From Myxococcota bacterium (GTDB lineage: Bacteria > Myxococcota_A > SURF-8 > G963663525): a stretch of DNA of 64,000 nucleotides. The notes under the pieces are model-generated. The model saw only the letters and a list, made by a program, of their open reading frames with translations. It did not search any database and was not told the DNA's origin. Location: the NCBI GenBank assembly GCA_963676915.2, contig CAXXVK010000012.1:1-64000 (forward strand), in the 5' to 3' direction. Both the position numbers and the translations under genes were made by a program. Positions 59,330 to 64,000 of this stretch are shown piece after piece (positions within the stretch are counted from its first letter, which is position 1; every line of letters begins with the position of its first letter).

Positions 59330-62300
59330 ATGAAACGCTCGTTTTTCGGCAGGCTTGCCGTTTTTCTTTTTTTGCTGATCGTATTCACAGGATTCGGTCT
59401 ATCCCATATGGCCTGCAGCAAAAAGAAAAGCAACGTCGAGAAAATCACCGCCGCGTTGGCGAATCGTTTGACCGAATCTTTGAGTTTCAGTGGAGATGTG
59501 GAACTCAAAGAGGGAAATCCTCCCAGTTCATCCAATTCCCCCGATGCACCGCAAATCACCAAGATCGACGCTCCAACTCGCTTTAGTGCTTCATCCCCAT
59601 TCCAGATCGTTCTAAAGACCGACTACCGCTATCCTTCCGAAATCGATTTCACGATCATTCACGTAGAAAACGCCTCGAAATACATTCTCGTCAAGCAACC
59701 GTTTTCCAAGGTAAAGCGCTTGCTACGGTCTAAAACTTTTGCTGACATCCTGGATTCGTCAACACGACTGACCGGAAGTATCGGCGACAATGAAGACATC
59801 AAAGAGCTTGATTTCGTCTTGTTTTTCGCTCTGCGCAACAAAGATGGACAAATCGGCGACTATCGACCCAGCGATTTCAAAATCCCCGAAGACCCACCCG
59901 ATTGCACCGATGAAAACTGCTGCAACGCCGGATTCTGGGTCGAGGCCGGATCGTCCTGCACCTCGGGGACCGACGAGTCCGACTGCACCGAAGACAAATG
60001 CAACGCCGAGCACGTATGCCAGAGCATTCCCGTCGTGGACGGCACGCTTTGCAACGCCGGTTTCGGTGTGGATTCGGGAGAATGTATCGAGGGAATTTGC
60101 GAGGAAATCGCCAATTATCTTCCAAACCTGCTAGCCGAAGCTCTGGAATACCAGACCGAAGGCGCTGTAAAACAAGGAGAGCCGCCGGAAACCAGTACGG
60201 AAGACAATCTGCCGAACATCTCCGAAATCATTCTTCCCGACGAACTTCGAGTCGGTTCCGATTTCAAAGTCATTTTGAAAACGGACTACGAAGCCACGGA
60301 AGAATTGGCCAAAGTCATCGTTCATGTCGTCGGTTCGGATCAATATATCGAATTCGCCAGTAACCTAACCACCGTTGACGGTGTGAGTGTCATCACATTG
60401 GCCGGGTTGATGAATCTGACACTCGAACTGAAAGGAATGGAATTCCAACTCTCGTTCGCTCTGCAAACGACACAAGGAGTTACGGGAACCTACAAAACGG
60501 TAAAAATCGTGATCCCGGAAGAGGAACCGGAATGCGGCATCGGAGCGTGTTGCAACGGCGGTTCGTGGGTCGCCGATGGTGACCCTTGCCTGACGGCCGA
60601 CGGTGAATACTGCACAATCGACACCTGCGATGCAAACCATAAATGTGTCTACAATGCTCGTCCCGATGAAACCTCCTGCAACGACGGCAACGACGAAACC
60701 GTCGGAGACCGCTGTGTCAACGGAATGTGTGCAGGAAGCGAATGCAATTGCTCGGGTGAAAACACTTGTTGCGACGGCTGCAAGTCCATCAACGAGGGAA
60801 ACACCTGTGATGATGGCGACTTATGCACCGAAAACGACACCTGCCGCTCCGGTGCCTGCCGATCGGGTAGCGACGTTGAATGTCCTACACCGGAAAATCC
60901 CTGCCTTGACGCAGGATATTGCCAACCGGAAAACGGCGAATGCACCTATCCCGAACCCAAAGCGGACGGATCGACCTGTGCGCTTAGCGACGAAGAAAGC
61001 GGCTTGTGTGAAAACGGAACATGTATTCGTCCTCCGGCTTTGCGAGTCGAATTGACCTGGGAAACCACCGATGCCACAAGCGAAGCAGGCTTCGACCTGT
61101 ACCTCGTCCGCAAGCGATCTCGAGGAACCTTCGGGCTTTCCCCGAAACCCGTCAGCGATCCCGAACCCATCTCCTGCGGAATCTGCAAAGACACCGAGGA
61201 AGCCTGTACTTCGGATTCGGACTGTGCAACCGACTCCGTGTGTCTGCCTAGTGCAACGATTTGTCTGGAACATGCAAGCTTCTGCCGCGCCGTCAACGAA
61301 CTCAACCCGGACGGCGAACCGCTCGTCACATCACTGGGATACCGTTGCGTACAACCGGATGACGGCATAGACGATACCTGCTGGATTGGAAATCCCGAAC
61401 CGACATGGGGAGAAACCGAAGCGAATCCGGTGTTTTCTTTCACCTCTACAGCAACCACCGGACGGGAAATTATCGAGATTACCAAACCAACGAACGACGA
61501 CGCCTACCGTGTTGTAGTCGCCCGAAGACAGATTGCGAACGAAAGCCAACCGGTAGAGGCCAAACTTGCATTTTACGTCGATGGTGTCGCTCATCAATAC
61601 ATCTCTGCAAATGACCAGACGGCAACCGACGGTCCACTGGTTCAAGCCATTTCCACAAACGGTTCATACTGGAAAGCCACCGACATTGTTTGGAGCGTAA
61701 TGGAAATTCGACAGATTCCGGTACACGATGAAGAAGCCGGACTTTCCGAAGAACCTTTCGCCAATCCGTTTTTGTTGTCCGATAGCACCTATGCGGTGCT
61801 CAATCCGAACGATTGTGACCAACTTCGCTCGATTTGGTGCGATTCTTCGGAAGATTTCGTGAACGAAGAAGAAACCGCCAGTTGCAACGATCTTTACTTC
61901 AATGACGTAACATGGTGCGTCTGCGAACCTTCCTGTGCGGAAAACGCTTCCTGCGTTGAAGGCGAATGCGTCTGTGATGAGGGTTTTTCCGGCAATCCTT
62001 ACGAATCCTGTACGGAAATTTCAGGAGGGGATGAGGATAGCGGAGACGTGGAAATTACCCCGACTCTCTGCCGGAACGACAACGACTGTTCTCCCGAGCA
62101 ACGTTGCGGAAAACCTCTGTACGAATGTGTTTCCCAAGAGTGCCCCGAAAACCTCGACTCCACCTGTCAGGCTCTTTATCCCGACAGCGACTACCAGATC
62201 CAATGCGACGAAAACCAGATGTGCGCTCCCGAAAAATGTACGGAAAACTCCTGGTGCGACACAGGATACGTCTGTGTTTCGGGACAATGTCGCCAGCCCG

Positions 62301-64000
62301 ACGATCCGGCGTCTATCACTTCAATTGAAATCAACGAGCCAGGCGAATTTCTGCCTCTTGGCGTCACTCGCAAACTAAGTTTCACGGCCTACGATTCCGC
62401 CGGAAACCCGCTGGCACTATCCGATTCTTTCGCGGTGAACTGGTCCTCCACCCAACCCACACAACTCAGTGTCACTCCACAAGGAGAAATCACAGCGTTG
62501 GCCGCAGGAAACGAAATTGAAATCAGCATCTCGGTACCGGAGCGTCAAGAACTTACGGATACAGTGCCATTCTCGGTGCTTTCTCGTTCAGGCGAAACAG
62601 CCGAACTGGTCGTCGTGAACGCCAGTACCGGCGATGTCATCGAAACTGCCACCGTGCTCCAGGGAACCGAACCTTGCACATATAGCTCTACGAGTCATAG
62701 CTACGTTTGTTCATCAACCTGCGCAGCCGTTCCCTGCAACTTCCATGTGTTTCACTCTGAGTACGAATACGTTTCGATCTTCCAAACCTCAAGTGAATTC
62801 GTGCACATACCGCTGACACCCAACGAAAACCTTGGGGAAGTATCGGGCGTGCAGGGAAAAATGGACATTACTTCGCTCCCGCAAGTATTGCTCAATGAGG
62901 ACATGCTGACCACCCAGTCCGGTTTTGCTCTGAACGGCAACTGGATGAACCGTGGTTTCCGAAATTTCCTGAGCGAATCGGTGAACACTCATCTGGAAAT
63001 TGGCTCTTTTATCAATCAACACCTCGACTTCTCCTCAGGGGCAGAATTGGAGATAGGTACTTATTCCACCCGTACAAAATTCCAAATCGTCACCCCCTTC
63101 CAATCGAATGGCTCGGCATCCATTTGGGGATTTGGCGGACGTATGCCCCTTTTGGACGTAATCAATATTATCACGCCGAACATCAGCAACGAGTTAGATC
63201 TACATACTCTTCTAATAAATATTGAACCATTGTTCTGGGAGAATCTCTGGCATGCGGCAACCGGACTACCCACCGAAAACCACAGCAAACAATGGGATGA
63301 TTTCAGTCAAATCAACTACCTGGACGACCTCTCCGAATTCGAAACACTCTCCAATGGAGCATCGTTACAGGCTGTCATGCCGTTAACCGGCGAGGCCGAC
63401 TTGGAATTTGGTTCCATGCCTTACCTGCCAACGGAAACAGAAGAAGAAGCCTGCTCGCAGATAGCTTTGACCTTGGTGGCGGCCCAGCATCCTAAGTACG
63501 GACTTGTGCCGTTGGGCTTCGGTGTCGGACCCGACGACGATTCCCTTTGCGGTGATGGAGCTTCGTTCCATCAAATCGTGCGATTCGCCCCGCAACACGG
63601 CAACTTGTACGGTTTCCCCTACGTACTCATCACGCTGGCCACGTTTAACGACAGCACGGATATTCTGGGAACGGAAGATTGGTATACCTTCGGATTGTTC
63701 GATTTCGCCTCTACATTCTTCAACGTTTTGGCGCTGCATTCGGCGGCCAGCTTTACCGTGCAGCGCTCGCAGACGATCCCTTCGGGAATTCTTTCTACAC
63801 CTGAATTCGCCCCTTCCGTCACCAATGCCACCTACGACGACGAAACAAAGGCATTTGGTGCATCCACCGACTCTGAAGCAACGTTTGCCCGCGTAACGTT
63901 TTCCAACGAATACGACCAATTCACGTCATTCTGGCAAAAACGGCGCTGGACCGTCTACAGCCCCGCAAGCGATCAAATCGCTTTCAACCTACCGCAAAAC
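59330..64000 (+). CDS. giant modular Cys-rich lipoprotein, partial (>1557 aa)
   Basis: GGAGGA RBS, ATG 59330, MKRSFFGRLAVFLF...HMAC lipobox. I found no stop codon in manual translation, and the ORF track reports no closed ORF in this frame. Contains a tandem duplicated domain, CDDG..CT..D.C repeats, a YfaP-like module, EGF-like and Ig-like (Big_2-like) segments. Confidence 0.88.
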   Translation, partial: MKRSFFGRLAVFLFLLIVFTGFGLSHMACSKKKSNVEKITAALANRLTESLSFSGDVELKEGNPPSSSNSPDAPQITKIDAPTRFSASSPFQIVLKTDYRYPSEIDFTIIHVENASKYILVKQPFSKVKRLLRSKTFADILDSSTRLTGSIGDNEDIKELDFVLFFALRNKDGQIGDYRPSDFKIPEDPPDCTDENCCNAGFWVEAGSSCTSGTDESDCTEDKCNAEHVCQSIPVVDGTLCNAGFGVDSGECIEGICEEIANYLPNLLAEALEYQTEGAVKQGEPPETSTEDNLPNISEIILPDELRVGSDFKVILKTDYEATEELAKVIVHVVGSDQYIEFASNLTTVDGVSVITLAGLMNLTLELKGMEFQLSFALQTTQGVTGTYKTVKIVIPEEEPECGIGACCNGGSWVADGDPCLTADGEYCTIDTCDANHKCVYNARPDETSCNDGNDETVGDRCVNGMCAGSECNCSGENTCCDGCKSINEGNTCDDGDLCTENDTCRSGACRSGSDVECPTPENPCLDAGYCQPENGECTYPEPKADGSTCALSDEESGLCENGTCIRPPALRVELTWETTDATSEAGFDLYLVRKRSRGTFGLSPKPVSDPEPISCGICKDTEEACTSDSDCATDSVCLPSATICLEHASFCRAVNELNPDGEPLVTSLGYRCVQPDDGIDDTCWIGNPEPTWGETEANPVFSFTSTATTGREIIEITKPTNDDAYRVVVARRQIANESQPVEAKLAFYVDGVAHQYISANDQTATDGPLVQAISTNGSYWKATDIVWSVMEIRQIPVHDEEAGLSEEPFANPFLLSDSTYAVLNPNDCDQLRSIWCDSSEDFVNEEETASCNDLYFNDVTWCVCEPSCAENASCVEGECVCDEGFSGNPYESCTEISGGDEDSGDVEITPTLCRNDNDCSPEQRCGKPLYECVSQECPENLDSTCQALYPDSDYQIQCDENQMCAPEKCTENSWCDTGYVCVSGQCRQPDDPASITSIEINEPGEFLPLGVTRKLSFTAYDSAGNPLALSDSFAVNWSSTQPTQLSVTPQGEITALAAGNEIEISISVPERQELTDTVPFSVLSRSGETAELVVVNASTGDVIETATVLQGTEPCTYSSTSHSYVCSSTCAAVPCNFHVFHSEYEYVSIFQTSSEFVHIPLTPNENLGEVSGVQGKMDITSLPQVLLNEDMLTTQSGFALNGNWMNRGFRNFLSESVNTHLEIGSFINQHLDFSSGAELEIGTYSTRTKFQIVTPFQSNGSASIWGFGGRMPLLDVINIITPNISNELDLHTLLINIEPLFWENLWHAATGLPTENHSKQWDDFSQINYLDDLSEFETLSNGASLQAVMPLTGEADLEFGSMPYLPTETEEEACSQIALTLVAAQHPKYGLVPLGFGVGPDDDSLCGDGASFHQIVRFAPQHGNLYGFPYVLITLATFNDSTDILGTEDWYTFGLFDFASTFFNVLALHSAASFTVQRSQTIPSGILSTPEFAPSVTNATYDDETKAFGASTDSEATFARVTFSNEYDQFTSFWQKRRWTVYSPASDQIAFNLPQN

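Overview
64 kb of chromosomal DNA from a diderm bacterium. It looks like an anaerobic Deltaproteobacterium/Myxococcota-type organism (inference): it has many acidic, Cys-rich lipoproteins, a MYXO-CTERM-like protein and a large TPR protein, plus an Hdr complex and selenocysteine use. Scattered housekeeping genes include mlaE, ftsB-like, ftsK, an M23 peptidase, ruvB, lpxC, lpxB, add, wzc, cobB and rimM-trmD. The most notable locus is a ~11.5 kb minus-strand operon at 44756-56294: degenerate MetF paralogue, PAS-PAS histidine kinase, hdrC, hdrB, hdrA (with a polyferredoxin insert), mvhD (in-frame UGA plus SECIS hairpin, i.e. a selenoprotein), metV, metF, a single-domain receiver and a receiver-PAS-kinase. 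This may be a one-carbon/folate-sensing signalling system built into an Hdr-coupled methylene-THF reductase operon. Also present: an APH-fold pseudokinase, two MITE-like elements with target-site duplications (one carrying an internal REP doublet), a ~300-aa module shared by two giant lipoproteins, a >1557-aa lipoprotein missing from the ORF track, and three clustered +1 frameshifts at G/C homopolymers that are probably assembly errors. No rRNA, tRNA, CRISPR array or transposase was seen. All family assignments come from motif recognition by eye, not database searches.
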